Assembly (NCBI GenBank): GCA_965153355.1
Contig: OZ231126.1
Coordinates: 36,766,001-36,830,000, forward strand
DNA length: 64,000 nucleotides
Source of the DNA: Flaccisagitta enflata
Lineage: Eukaryota
Direction: 5' to 3'
A program made the position numbers and the translations under genes. A model generated the notes under the pieces. It was not told the DNA's origin. It saw only the letters and a program-made list of their open reading frames with translations, and made no database searches. Below, in pieces: positions 30,441 through 43,504 of the stretch (positions are counted from its first letter, which is position 1; the number at the start of each line of letters is the position of its first letter).

Positions 30441-31290
30441 TTTTTGGGCAGCGGCCCCGGAGGGGCCGATGACCTATGATTCCACATAGGGCAATTTTCT
30501 CCGGTCCGGTTTCCGTTTTCCGTCCGTCCGTCCCCCCCCAAGCCTCAAATAAAGCCTTTTCGACTCCAAACCAGACCTTTCTGACCCCAAATCAGGCCTC
30601 TCAGACCCTAAATCAGGCCTCCCAAACCCCAGATCAGGCTTCTCAGACCCCAAATTAGGCCTCTCAGATCCAAATCAGGCCTCAGACCCCATGTCAGGCT
30701 TTTCAGACCCCAAATTAGACCCCTCAGACCCAAATAGGGCCTTTCAGAGCCAAAATCAGGCCTCTCAGCCCTCCAAACCAGCTTCTCAAACCGGAGAAAA
30801 TTGTTCTATATGGAATCATAGGTCATCGGCCCCTCCGGGGCCGCTGCCCCTCTCATAATCTCATTCCCACACACACTAACTTAGGGACATCGGGTACCGC
30901 TGACCATGTAACGCTTTTGCGACTATCTTCTTCTTCTTCTTCTTTTTCTTCTTCTTCCTCTTCCTCTTCTTCTTCTTTTTATTTTTTTTTTTTGGGCAGC
31001 GGCCCCGAAGGATTCGATGACCTTTTTCTCCTCCTTCTTCTCCTTCTCCGTCCCCCCCCCCACTAAAATCTCAGTCTCGAGGCCTAAATCCCAGCTTCGA
31101 GGCCCAAATCCTAGCCGCAAGGCCCAAATCCCAGCCTAAGGCCCAGATCCCAACCTCAAGACAATTCCCCATATGTGTGAAAGCATAGGTCATTGACGCC
31201 TTTGGGACCACTGCCCTGCTTCCTCTCCAACTTCAAGCACAGCCTACTTAGGCAGGGCATGGGTACCACTGACACTTTTGCGGACTATTC
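30441..31290 (+). mobile_element. Two adjacent family C-related elements (~30441-30925 and ~30988-31290) with 21-bp repeats
   Basis: TTTTTGGGCAGCGGCCCCG start, GGGGCCGCTGCCC inverted copy, GGGTACC(G/A)CTGAC 3' motif. Confidence 0.6.
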
Positions 31291-31446
31291 TTTTTCTTCT
31301 TCGTTTTCTTCCTCTACTTCTTCTTTTACGGCCCCTTCCTCATGTTCTTCTCTTTTTTCATGTCTTGCTTACCTCTCTTCCTCTCCTTACCTCTCCCTCT
31401 CTTTTATCATCATCTACCACTTCTTTGTTTTTCTTTTTCCCCACAG

Positions 31447-31536
31447 ATCTCATTCCCGGGCGAGAATACACCGTGTCCATCGCCACTCAAAGCGATGACA
31501 AACAAAGTCAAAGAATTGTGATAACATCCTATACTC
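31447..31536 (+). CDS. Exon: FN3-2 part 3 (NLIPGREYTVSIATQSDDKQSQRIVITSYT)
   Basis: CCACAG acceptor, C|GTGAGT donor, phase 1-1; L-x-P-G-x-x-Y tyrosine corner. Confidence 0.9.
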
Positions 31537-32327
31537 GTGAGTCATTGTTTATGAATAAAATGCCATGAAATACGTACAAAATGAAAAAGCTGATCATTAT
31601 TGATAAAATGCTCTTTATCAAATGTTCTTCGTTAAATGTCCTTCATTGCTTGAATCTAATCATTGATCTGAATGCTTCTCTTTTTTGACGAGAAAAGTGC
31701 TTCCGATATCTGGAAGATGTTTGCTAAAATGCGTGCTTCTTCAGTCTGCTTGGGTTTCTTCTTTTCCTTTATTATCTCTTTCTCTCCCGCTGATTTTCTT
31801 TTTTCCAAGACTGTCAATAAAACAAGATTAATGAGAATCTTTTACGTGTTATTTGTTCAGTTTAAAACTTTAAAAGACGTGTCCGTTTCAAAAGATCCAC
31901 ACATGAACACAAGAAAGTTTCCTGTTATTTTTAAGAACTCATTGCGTAACTTTACCAGAATTTTCAGGGATGGAGTTTTAAAGAAAATCGTTCATTCACC
32001 CTAAAAACTCTTTAAAACCCTCTTCGCATGAAAAATCAAATCGTCAAGTGTGGACCACAAGATTGAGTTCTAAGTAGCAACTCAGCGCGGCGGTTAGATG
32101 CATGCTCGTAGGAGAGAAGAGAAAGGAACTTACGTTAATCCACAAATTCCATCTTGATATATAAGATTTATGCAGAGGCGTCTCAAGTCAGCAAGTATTC
32201 TCTCCGCCCATAAATTCCAACATTCATCCCTCTTTTTCTTTTATCCTCAAAGGAAAAAAACGCACCTTCCGCTTGTCAATTGCCTCATTTTTTGCCTTTT
32301 CTCTTTTTTTTCTTTCTTTCTTCATAG

Positions 32328-32467
32328 TTCCCTGCGCCCCCAGCGGTCTGCGCGCCATCTCTCATACCTCGAACAGCATCAGTCTGCAGTGGGACCGAGC
32401 CTACGGCGACGTTGCTAGCTATGAAATCTCTCATTATCCACTACTCGGCGCACCCAATGCCGTAGAG
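32328..32467 (+). CDS. Exon: FN3-3 N-half (LPCAPSGLRAISHTSNSISLQWDRAYGDVASYEISHYPLLGAPNAVE)
   Basis: TTCATAG acceptor, GAG|GTGAGC donor, phase 1-0. Confidence 0.9.
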
Positions 32468-32536
32468 GTGAGCTGGGCATTTATCAATGAGTCCTTGATG
32501 AATTATGAAGATGACAAGAGAGGTAGATATATTTAG

Positions 32537-32645
<109 letters not shown>

Positions 32646-33586
32646 CCGGTGGGAAACCCAACAGGAACTAAAAATCACCTAAGGAGTGAATGAATAGATC
32701 GAAATAAAAGAAACAAGTATGCGCTTGAGACACTTTCGGGCGATGTTGTTTACGAAGAGGCCCGATTGATAGATACGCTTACTGACAGTTATTTGAATAA
32801 AAATGGGAGCAGGTCGGTTTAATTTATATTTCTTTATCTTTTTTTAATACGGGAAAGGAAATGTGAAACTCTCAACGATTGTTTGCCTCTATAAAGCCTC
32901 TGTTAAGCACCAGATGGAAAGCAGCAAGCTCGGGTACTCGATTTACCTTAGTCGCGTGCGGGTAGGCATATCAAGTGATATGGAGGATTATTGATTTTGA
33001 TTTAGGAGGTTCTTAAAGTTTAAAACAGAGGCAGACAGAAATCATGATTTCCAACACGAATGCGCATGGTTGTGAAGAATGGTCGCTCGACCATAACATT
33101 GTTCTGTAACCACCCAACTTTCCAATAATGATATTGTTCAGTAACCAACCCAACTAACAATCATTCAATGAGCCGACCACGAGGAACGACAGACGGACTC
33201 AGCCTCTTATAGAGTTTGATGGACTAATCTTTTAAAAACATGATAACTAAAGGAGTTAAGAAAGGGAATCATTATTTGTTCGGGTCGGCTTAATCTCTTA
33301 AGAGGTTTCTGTTTACCATTTTCTGAAGAGCGGTTTTTTCAAGTCGAGACATTTTTCCCCTCTTTTGTTTTCTTTGGCAAAACTCACGCTTCTTTTATAT
33401 CATCCTCATTTCTAAAGAGGCAACTATAGAAAATTACCAGAAGAAAAAATGTGACTTATAATTTAAAAAAGGTGAAATCATAATCCGGTTAGAATATTTC
33501 CAAGAAAACAGTTTGAGACTGCGTAAATTCAAGAGACAAGAATTTTCCTCTCAAGTAGCTATCAATTGTTTTGTCTCTGTTTGGTT

Positions 33587-33852
33587 GTTAGTTGCGGACA
33601 CGCAACTGTATAAGAGGCCTTGTCCTTCCTTGTCCGTCCGTCGCGGTCCGTCGGTCCGTTGGTCTGATGGTCCGTCATGGTGATCGAGTTGAAAAGTGGG
33701 AAAACATGCATTGTTAATGCTGGGGTTGTAATTGTCCCTGTTTGTGTGGGGTGTGGGGTGTGGTGCGTGTGGTGGGTGAGGGTGTGGATGGGGGTTGTAT
33801 GCCCCTGCCCACCCGTCGGCAACAATATTGTGACCCCGGGTCATTTGTTTTT
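33587..33852 (+). mobile_element. Helentron/DINE-1-like element, family B relative
   Basis: Same 5' end (TTAGTTGCGGACACGCAACT.TATAAGAGGC) and GCCCCTGCCCACC core as 9816-10032. Confidence 0.6.
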
Positions 33853-34305
33853 TCAGTCACATGTTCTTAACTTCTTGTAAGCGTACGATCATGTAAGAAA
33901 AAAAAACGCTGTCATACAGTTTTTTTCTTTTGTGTCCAAACAACGAGAGAGTGTGATATTTCTTTGTTAACATGTTAAAAAAGTGTGATGTATCTTTGAA
34001 AAGTTTTTTTTTAGCCGATAGGCATGACATGTCATGCTGAGCGAGTAAATTCATCATGGTGGTTCGGGGCAATAGGAGAGGGAAAGTTCCAAAGGAGGCA
34101 ATGAAAAAAAATAACTGGGCGAGAAAGGGATGGGGTAATGGGGCAATGGGGCAGATTTTTTGTGATTTCTTTGGTCTCAGCTCGTAGTTCTAATATCCAT
34201 AGATCTTCAGCAGTGAATTGAACGAAACCAATTTCTCTTTCTCTATCCCATCTTCCATCTCTTTCCTAATTCGATCTGAATGAATGTTGTACCTGGTTGG
34301 CTCAG

Positions 34306-34476
34306 ATGTCACCTGGGCCGCCACTGGCACAAACTTGCCGCACACATAGTCGTTGCGCGAGTAATTGCAGTTGCAGCGGCGGCAGCACCTGCAGCAGCGG
34401 TACTCCCTCTTCCAACGCCGCCGCCCGGGGCACCATCGCTGCTGCCGCTGCGCTGCAACGACACCTCCGCTGCCGC
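34306..34476 (+). CDS. Candidate cassette or alternative first exon (MSPGPPLAQTCRTHSRCASNCSCSGGSTCSSGTPSSNAAARGTIAAAAALQRHLRCR)
   Basis: GC-rich island in an AT-rich intron, CTCAG|ATG start, CGC|GTGAGT donor, 171 nt, phase 0-0, in frame with both flanking exons. Confidence 0.55.
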
Positions 34477-34644
34477 GTGAGTGTCTTCCATTGAAAAATA
34501 CGGCCCGCGCCCGCGCTGGATGCTCTTTTTCTCATCTCTTTCTCTCTATCTTCCTGTCTCTCTCTCCTTTTTTTATTTTTTTCTTTCTTTCCTTTCTCTC
34601 GTTCCTTCCTTCTTTCTTTCATTCTTTCTTTCTCTCTTTCTTTT

Positions 34645-34756
<112 letters not shown>

Positions 34757-34792
34757 TTTTTTATTCTTTTATTCTTTCTTTCTCTCTTTCTC

Positions 34793-34864
<72 letters not shown>

Positions 34865-35170
34865 TCCCTCTTTCTTTCTTTATTTCCTTCTTTCTTTCTT
34901 TCTTTCTTTCTTTTTTCCTTCCTTCCTTTTCATTTTTCATCTTTTTATCTTTTTTTCTTTTTTCTTGCTTTCTTGCTTTCTTGCTTTCATTCTTTCTTCT
35001 ATCCAGTTGTTTTTTCTTTGTTTGGTTCGTTGTTTCTTTGCTTGTTTCCGTCTTTTTTTTTTTCTTTTCCTTTTTTTTTTTTTTTTGTTCTGTTTTGTTT
35101 TGTTTTGTTTTTTGTTTTTTCCTTCTTTCTTTTTTAGTCTCTGTCTTTCTGTCGTTCTGTCTATCATTCT

Positions 35171-35256
<86 letters not shown>

Positions 35257-35799
35257 CCCCAATCCTTTCTTTTCCTGTCTAGAGAGCGTTCCTCTCTCTC
35301 TCTAGATCTCTTTCATTTCACTCCTATTATACTCTGCCGCATCATCTGGTCCGTTGGTGTCTGGTTTTCTCCCCCACATCCGGCATCCTTTCTACTCCTA
35401 GCCTAAACACCTTTCATGATTCCTTTCTGTATCCTCCTGACCTCCTCTCTTCCACTCTTCTCCCAATGCCTCCCACCCCTGACCCAGTTGGAACCTTCTT
35501 GCCCATTCCCATCTCAAATTCTTCTTGTTCTGTGCCGTCTGTCTAGCCGACGTCTCCCCTTCTTCCACTGCTTTACGCTAAAAACCAGCTCTGCTCGCGG
35601 GCCAGATGAAATTTCTTTTGTTTCTCTTTCACTTTGTCTTGTTTGATTCTTTTTTGTGAGTGTGTGTTGATGCTGCGTGAATCTTTATTTTCCCATGAAT
35701 TACAAATTTCACATCTATATGTAAATAATCATATCAATGAACAGTATCATCGTAGTTCTTCCACTGTCCTAGTCAATTTCATCGTAGGTTAGAGCTTCA

Positions 35800-35897
<98 letters not shown>

Positions 35898-36592
35898 GTC
35901 CACCCTCGCTTTTGGAAAAAGATCACCACCCACCTTTTCATGGAAATGTCAGAGAAATACGGATGTGGCCGCGGTAGAGGAGGCCATTACGCACCGCACT
36001 GTGTACAATTTAGTATTCTGCTTTTATTGGGAATCAGCAATTGTTGAGGCAAACTAATTACCAATCACTCACTGTGGATACAGAGAACAGATGAATACCC
36101 AAAATTCGCTTTCGTGAGGGGAGAAAGGACGAAGAAAAAAAAAAATACACCGATTCGCCTCAAACCTTATCTTAGTGGTGCTTTCATCAAATTCTTTTTG
36201 TCCAATCGTTTCAGAAAGGGCTTTCCATGTGGAATGATTGCAATCACAGATTTTGCTCAGCATTGACGGATGACAAAAAAAAAGAGTTTGAATGGTAGAA
36301 TCGTAATTTGATGGAGAAGAGTATTTGATATCGATGAAACATTGAAAAAAATGATTGGTTAGTCTATTCCTGTCGTAGCTTCTTAGAAATACTATGGCTT
36401 GTCAAGAGTGATTTGTTAATAATGTTTTCTCCATTTTTGCTTCCCATCCAACCCGCGTCCACTCCTGATCATGCACATCTCCAATCCCTTTCTCTTCTCT
36501 TCTCACTCCACCTCACTCACCATTCTCGCACTAAACCCTTCGCCTCTTCTCACTCCAACATCATCGATTGAATTGGACATGGACTACACACA

Positions 36593-36711
<119 letters not shown>

Positions 36712-36880
36712 GGATATCGATATCCGATCCGGTCTCTTTTTTTTTCATCTGCGCCCTGACACGACCTCGTCCGCATGAACGCTCGCACTTGTCATATAAT
36801 CTGCGTGTACGCTCGTTCGTGTCCTCGTCTGCGTGCACGTTGCTGCGTGTCAATGACACATGCGCACACGACGACTACAG

Positions 36881-37019
36881 AGTATGAGCGTGAAGCAGAC
36901 GTCGGTGGAGATGACGAATCTGACGGGACTCTTGCCGGGTCACGTTTATCACATCGAAGTCGTCACCGTCGTCACGCCTACGCTCAAAAGCCCGCCGCTA
37001 TTCATTCAACACTGCACCA
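36881..37019 (+). CDS. Exon: FN3-3 C-half (SMSVKQTSVEMTNLTGLLPGHVYHIEVVTVVTPTLKSPPLFIQHCT)
   Basis: CTACAG acceptor (weak pyrimidine tract), A|GTAAGA donor, phase 0-1; L-T-G-L-x-P-G-x-x-Y motif. Confidence 0.85.
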
Positions 37020-37028
37020 GTAAGAGGC

Positions 37029-37119
<91 letters not shown>

Positions 37120-37273
37120 GAGAGAGACAGGCAGAGACAGACAGAGAGAGACAGAGAGAGACAGAGAGAGACAGAGAGACAGAGAGAGACAGAGACAGAG
37201 AGAGGGGGGAATAAAAGAAAGAAAGACAGAAAGAAACAAAGAAAGAAAAAAAGAACCAAAGCAAGAAAGAAAC

Positions 37274-37368
<95 letters not shown>

Positions 37369-37769
37369 GGGACTGACAGACTGGCCGAAATAAAGAATTA
37401 AGGAAGGCAAGGAAAGCAAAAAGGAATGATGGAAGGAAGGAACTAGGAAGCAAACAAGTAAGCAAGCAAGCAAGCGAGCAGGCGAGCAAGCAAGCAAGAC
37501 AGGAAAGCGTTAAGGAAGTAAGAGAGGTAGAAAAGAAAGGAGACGTGAATGACAGTAAATCTCCGACAGACAGATACAGCCGTTTGATAGGAACAAATCG
37601 ACGAAGTTAGAGAAAGTTAGAGAAAGAAGCCTCAAGAAAGTTGCATACGGGAACGCAACTTTGCATGAAAAAAAGAATTGTGCAAATACTGCCAAGCCGT
37701 TTTTTAGCTTCGACATTAACCATCAATCAAGATATTTGTGTCAAAATCACAGAGCCCCGCTTTTTTTAT

Positions 37770-38160
37770 GTCATACGTCTTTATCCTTTTTCTTTCAGGG
37801 CCTATTCCTCCATGGAGGTTTCCAGCTACACCACCGATGTCAAACATCTTTTTTTCTTTCCTTTTACCAGGGCGTTCACCTCCATTGCGTTGTCCATGGA
37901 GGTTTCCACCTCCACCACTGATGCCATATGTCTTTTTTCTTTTTTTCAGGGCTTCTTCCTCCATCGTGTTGCTCATGGAGGTTTCCACCTCCATTATTAA
38001 TTCCATACGTCTTTTTTCAAGGCCTCTCCCTCCATCGCGTTATTCATGAAGATTTCCATATCCACCATTGATGCCATCTGTTTGTTTTTTTTTCTTCTCT
38101 CAGGGCCTCTTCCTCCATCGTCCATGGAGGTCTCGGCCACCTCCAGTGATTCCATAAGTC
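37770..38160 (+). repeat. Five degenerate 72-82 bp tandem copies of a splice acceptor plus exon start
   Basis: T-tract-CAG-GGC.T.TTCCTCCAT...CATGGAGGT.TC...CCTCCA repeated; the last copy is the in-frame FN3-4 exon start. Confidence 0.85.
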
Positions 38161-38234
38161 TTTCGTGGACCAATCCGGCCTCCGGGAATTTCTCCTCCTT
38201 TCATATCACTTATTTCCCTCTTCACAATCCCCAA
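38104..38234 (+). CDS. Exon: FN3-4 N-part (RPLPPSSMEVSATSSDSISLSWTNPASGNFSSFHITYFPLHNPQ)
   Basis: TCTCTCAG acceptor, CAA|GTAAGA donor, phase 1-0. Confidence 0.9.
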
Positions 38235-38484
38235 GTAAGAGTCATAACCGCGATGTGCTATTGTTTTTTTAATATTTTTGGGCGCCCCCTGCTGGATACT
38301 CCTATTGTGGGATTAGTTTGTTTGATTCTTTGTTCTTTTGTATGTTGAGATTTTTGTTGTTTATTTGTTTCCTTTTTTTTCTAGTGTTCGAGTTTTTTTT
38401 TTTTTTTTTTACTTGCGCCTGTTGGATGTTCTGTAACGCATTCCTCCGGTGATTCACAAGGCACACGTGTTAGCCTACTCCGCC

Positions 38485-38620
38485 TTTTTTAGGTGCGACA
38501 AAGCACCTCTATAACTGGCTGTGTCCGTCGGTTGGTCTGTTGGTCTGTCGGTCTGTTGGTCTGTAACGCATTCGTTCGACGATCCACACGTCGCACCTTA
38601 TTGGCCTACTTGGCCTTGTT
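38485..38620 (+). mobile_element. Helentron/DINE-1-like element, family A
   Basis: Near-identical to 1654-1780; degenerate relative at 39682-39804. Confidence 0.7.
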
Positions 38621-39130
38621 TCTTTTTTTTAAATCTATATCGATAAAAACAATTAACAAGGCCGGATGCACGGCAGTCAAGTCGCGGACGGTTAGGCAGG
38701 AGCAGTAATACAAAAACCGATCGGAATTCAAAAATGTGACTGACCGACCGACCGACCGACGGACGGACGGACCGACACGGTAAGGTGTAGAGTCGCATGT
38801 CCGCGACTAAAAAGTCAATGACTACGTACATCCCACACCACCTCCGCCATCTCCCGCCCCCGACCATCCTTCCCTTCATGGCTTCATCCCATCCCAAAAT
38901 GAAAAAAAACCTCTCACTTTAATTCTATCGCACACGTTTGGGACATTCATCTCCTTTTTTCGGAATCGAAGTGAAAATGTGCGGTTAAATTGTCCTGTAA
39001 ATATCTCCCTTTTCTCTTTACCTTTGGTGACCGCGGAAGCTGAATTATGTGAGACGAGTTTGTGTAACTTTTATCGCCAATAACTCCTTCTTCCTTTGCT
39101 TCCTTTCCTCAAACTCGCTGTCTATTTGTC

Positions 39131-39242
<112 letters not shown>

Positions 39243-39850
39243 CCCCCCCCCTTTTCTTCTTGAATTTCTCTCACTTCTTTTTGCTCATCTGAAATCTTTA
39301 CAGCCTTCTCATCCCCCTCCAGTCCACGCTTTCCTATTCGAAGAAATCTTTCATTACAGTACTATCATTCTTTCACGTGGTATGCTTCTCTTTTACGCGT
39401 TCAGGACAGGAGCACGTCAATCAAAGTGGTCACGCCCTGTTGGCTCTTTGGTTGGATCGTCAATCTGTCACACCTTTTGACTTTCTTGCTATGTATCGGG
39501 CTTTGAGATGATGCAAATCACTCTCTGTGTATCCGTCTAATTTAAACATTCATGTTTTGTCTTATTTGACATTTGATTCTGAAGGTCATACCCTTATAGG
39601 AATCAATTGAAAGGATTGAAAATAATTTGCACCATGAGATCATTTTCTAGTGCGCAACGTTGGTCCAGAGTCCTGACCTTGTTTTTAGGTGGGCCAACGC
39701 ATCTCTATAATTGTGCCCGTCGGTTGATCGATCTGTCTGTCTGTCGGTCTCGCAAACCTTTGACATTCCACCCGGCGCCCCTTTTGGCCTACTTGGCCTT
39801 GTTTCTCTTCTTTCTTTACTTTTTTCCCCTTCATGTTCTCGTTGTTGGCT

Positions 39851-40379
39851 TTTTGGGCAGCGGCCCCGAAGGGGACGATGTTCTGATAAACAAAGGGGGA
39901 CTTTTGTTCGTTCGTTTGTTTCTCCATTCGTTCCCCCCAGACCCTCTCAGACCTGAAATCTATCCTCTCAGCTCAGGCCTGAAATCTGCCCTCTCAGGTT
40001 TTGAATCTGCCCTCTCAGGCTTGAAATCTGCCCTCTCAGACCTGAAATCTGTCCTCTCAGGCCTGAAATCTGTCCTCACAGGCCTGAAATCTGTCCTCAC
40101 AGGCCTGAAATCTGTCCTCACAGATTCAAGGCCTGAGAGGGGAAATTTCAGGCCAGAGACGGTAAATTTCAGGTCTGAGAGGGCAGATTTCAGGCCTGAG
40201 AGGGCCTGGGGGAACGGACGGAGAAACGAACGAACAAACGAACGAAAGTCCCCCTGTGTTCTGCAGGACATCGTCCCCTTCGGGGCCGCTGCTCTGCTTC
40301 CTCTCACTCCATTTCACAATCATGCAAATCAGGGCAACGGGTATCGCTGACCACATATTGCCCTTGGGCGACCTGTTTT
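39851..40379 (+). mobile_element. Family C element: long subterminal inverted repeats around two oppositely oriented 21-bp minisatellite blocks, with a 3' hairpin
   Basis: GCAGCGGCCCCGAAGGGGACGATGT ... ACATCGTCCCCTTCGGGGCCGCTGC; (CTCTCAGGCCTGAAATCTGCC)n then its reverse complement; AGGGCAA...TTGCCCT hairpin; T-rich ends. Confidence 0.75.
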
Positions 40380-41221
40380 GCTATATATATCTTTCGTCAA
40401 CCGACGGAAGGATCCCAAAAGGTCAGCATTTTGCCCAGAATTGAAATACGAGAATATATCAAAAAAATTTAAAAAGCTATAAAAAAAAAAGAAAAAAAGG
40501 AAATATTACGCAAAGAGAAAGAGTTATTTTTTTTAAGAATGGTGCAAAGAGATGCCGCAAAAGGCGCATTTTTTCAATTCCGATTCGGCAAATTTTTGAT
40601 ATTTCTTCTTCCCTTTACTCTGATTCGGGAAACCACCTCCCACGCACCACCCCCGCACTTTGCCCCATTCCCCCAGCAACCATGCAACACCCCCGCACCA
40701 ACTGCACAACGCGGCAACATCTGCGTATATCAACCCCATAACAATACCCACTCGCCACCCCTACCAAATTCATACTGTAAATCATAATCTGCATCTTCAG
40801 GATAATTGTTGTTTTTTGTTTGTCGTTCTGTCAGTTCTATTACTTTTTTTTGGGGGGGCGGGGGTTTGGATTTGTTTTGATTTGTTATGTTTTTTTTTGT
40901 TTAGTTTTTGGTTTGTTTTGTTTTATTTTCCTCTTTGGTAATTGGGTGTCAAGATTCTCTGAATTGCGGCGTATGTCTTGGATCAAAATGGTCATCTTCA
41001 CATTGTACCACCGATGACGCCGCCAAAAAGCCAGACACGAAATCAAATCTTCTTTTTTGCCAAGTGGCTCCGCAATTTTATTGCATTTTTTTTCTCAGTT
41101 TTCAATGACAAAAAAAAGAAGAAATTTACATAAGTTGACACTCGGCTCTGGCACGAAAAAAATGGGGGAGGACAAACTCGCTCTGTCTCTGTCTCTCTCT
41201 CTGTCTCTGTTTCTGTCTCTG

Positions 41222-41321
<100 letters not shown>

Positions 41322-41402
41322 CATTCAAAATTTCCTTCTCAAATAAAACAATTTTTTTCTCCCAAATGAAACACTTTATTCCCTTTCTGTCTGTGTCTGT
41401 AG

Positions 41403-41747
41403 GTCTGCGAGTCCTTGGAGATTCCCCTGGCCAGCCCCCCTTCCTATCTCGGAGCCGGCTCTCCCCCGCACACACGCGTCTCTTCACCTCCTCCTCCTCC
41501 TCCCCATCCTCCTCATCCTCCATCTCTCCCCATCGCTCCTCCTCTTGCCTCGTCGACGATGTTGCCAACGACGACGATGACGACGTCGACGACGACGAAT
41601 CGACCGGAGATAGACGCGATGACGACGTCGACGACGACGACGGAGGCTTACGAGTCGGAGACGGATCCACTTGGAGGAATTCCACTCAACAGAAACGTAT
41701 TCACGTCCCATAAACTGATCGCGCTCGGCGCGGGACACGAATACAAG
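41403..41747 (+). CDS. Exon: FN3-4 middle with a long Pro/Thr-rich insert (VCESLEIPLASPPSY...PPPPPP...TTT...HKLIALGAGHEYK)
   Basis: CTGTAG acceptor, AAG|GTGATG donor, 345 nt, phase 0-0; ends with the FN3 L-x-x-L-x-x-G-x-E-Y motif. Confidence 0.8.
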
Positions 41748-42270
41748 GTGATGAGGACAATTTGACGGACACGAAGAAATTATGGCACTCGAATTAGATC
41801 CATGCGACCTGCTACAATGATTTCGTTCAGACGAGCTTTTCCACAAATAGCTCATTTACTTATTACAGATTAGCATTTGACTTTTTACAACATCTTAGTT
41901 TTCCAGCAACGGCTTTATAATTTCTCCATCATGTTGTAAGTGATGACTTTGGGTCTTTGTAATGCAAACTGAGAGGACTTAGTCAACATGATGAGCTTCA
42001 ATTCTTTTTAAGGTAACAATTAGTCCTGCACAGTCTAAGATTTGTTTCATGGTATAAACATAAGCAAACGACCTCAACCATATTGTAGTAGTGATGAGCT
42101 TGTTATTGGAAACCGTTGTCTTTTGATGGCTTGCGTATGCGAGCCCTGAAGTGCTGCTAAATGCATATGTAAACGGTATGACAAAGTGATTGTTTGTCAT
42201 ACTGATCGTGTGAATGTAACAAAGCCCGATCTAGCAATTCAAGTTTTCCGTTTGATTTTTTAAAAATCAG

Positions 42271-42432
42271 ATCGAGATTCGTTCGTGTCACAACGGGGAA
42301 CGATCAGAGGCGTTGATGAAAGTGGCGCGGACGTTACCCAATCCACCGGAAGTTGCGCGCGTGGAATCTTGCACGTGCTCCAGTTTCAATCTCAGATGGC
42401 GCGCGCCAGCCGGTCAACACTCTTCTTACGAG
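42271..42432 (+). CDS. Exon: FN3-4 end and FN3-5 start (IEIRSCHNGERSEALMKVARTLPNPPEVARVESCTCSSFNLRWRAPAGQHSSYE)
   Basis: ATCAG acceptor, GAG|GTAAAC donor, phase 0-0. Confidence 0.88.
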
Positions 42433-42717
42433 GTAAACAACCAAACCAAAAGTGGTCTGAAAACAAGAAAGGGATAAATCCGCACGAAAACAAACATGGC
42501 TTTAGAAAGAAAAAAAAAGTCATTCTAGACAATCTGGACGCAGTCTGTAAAATGGTCCAGACGTTTCTCGCTGCTGCCGCTGCGTCGCGGCAATCGCTGC
42601 TGTAACTGAAATTGCTCCTGCCGCTGTAGCTACTGCAATAGTCGTATTTTTCCTGGTTGTTGTTGTCGTTGTTGTTGTTAGCGTTGTTGTTGTTAGCGTT
42701 GTTGTTGTTTTTGCTGC

Positions 42718-42805
<88 letters not shown>

Positions 42806-42949
42806 ATTGTTTTTGCTGCTGCAACTGTTGTCCCTTTCATTATCATTTTCAAACATCTTCTTCCTGTTTTTTTCCTTATTTTCTTCCTTTCTTTTCCCTC
42901 AAAACCTCTTCTGCTCTTCCTCCGTCTTCACAATCTTCATCATTTTTAG

Positions 42950-43148
42950 ATATCCTACTTTCCTGACGGTTCCCCTTCTGAGCGGCTGACTCGTAACGTC
43001 ATCTCCGAGCAGTGCATGTTAAACCAGTTGGCCCCCGGGCGGAGGTACGTCGTGGAGATCGCGTCCGTCAGCGGCAAACAAAAGAGCGCGTCCGTGACCA
43101 TCACGCACGACACCCCCGACCTCGCGCAGGGATGGCAAGGCTCCACAG
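42950..43148 (+). CDS. Exon: FN3-5 C-part (ISYFPDGSPSERLTRNVISEQCMLNQLAPGRRYVVEIASVSGKQKSASVTITHDTPDLAQGWQGST)
   Basis: TTTTTAG acceptor, CAG|GTTAGT donor, phase 0-1; L-x-P-G-x-x-Y-x-V-x-I motif. Confidence 0.9.
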
Positions 43149-43248
43149 GTTAGTAAGTTTGCATATGTTATGTGTGTGAAGTACGTATACGGCTGGAAAA
43201 CAGACAGACACACTCACACGCATGCACGCTCGCACGCACGCACGTACG

Positions 43249-43444
<196 letters not shown>

Positions 43445-43504
43445 AACAACAACAACAGAAAAGCAGAAACGAGAACACAGGTCCCTCCTTTTTTCCTCAT
43501 GCAG

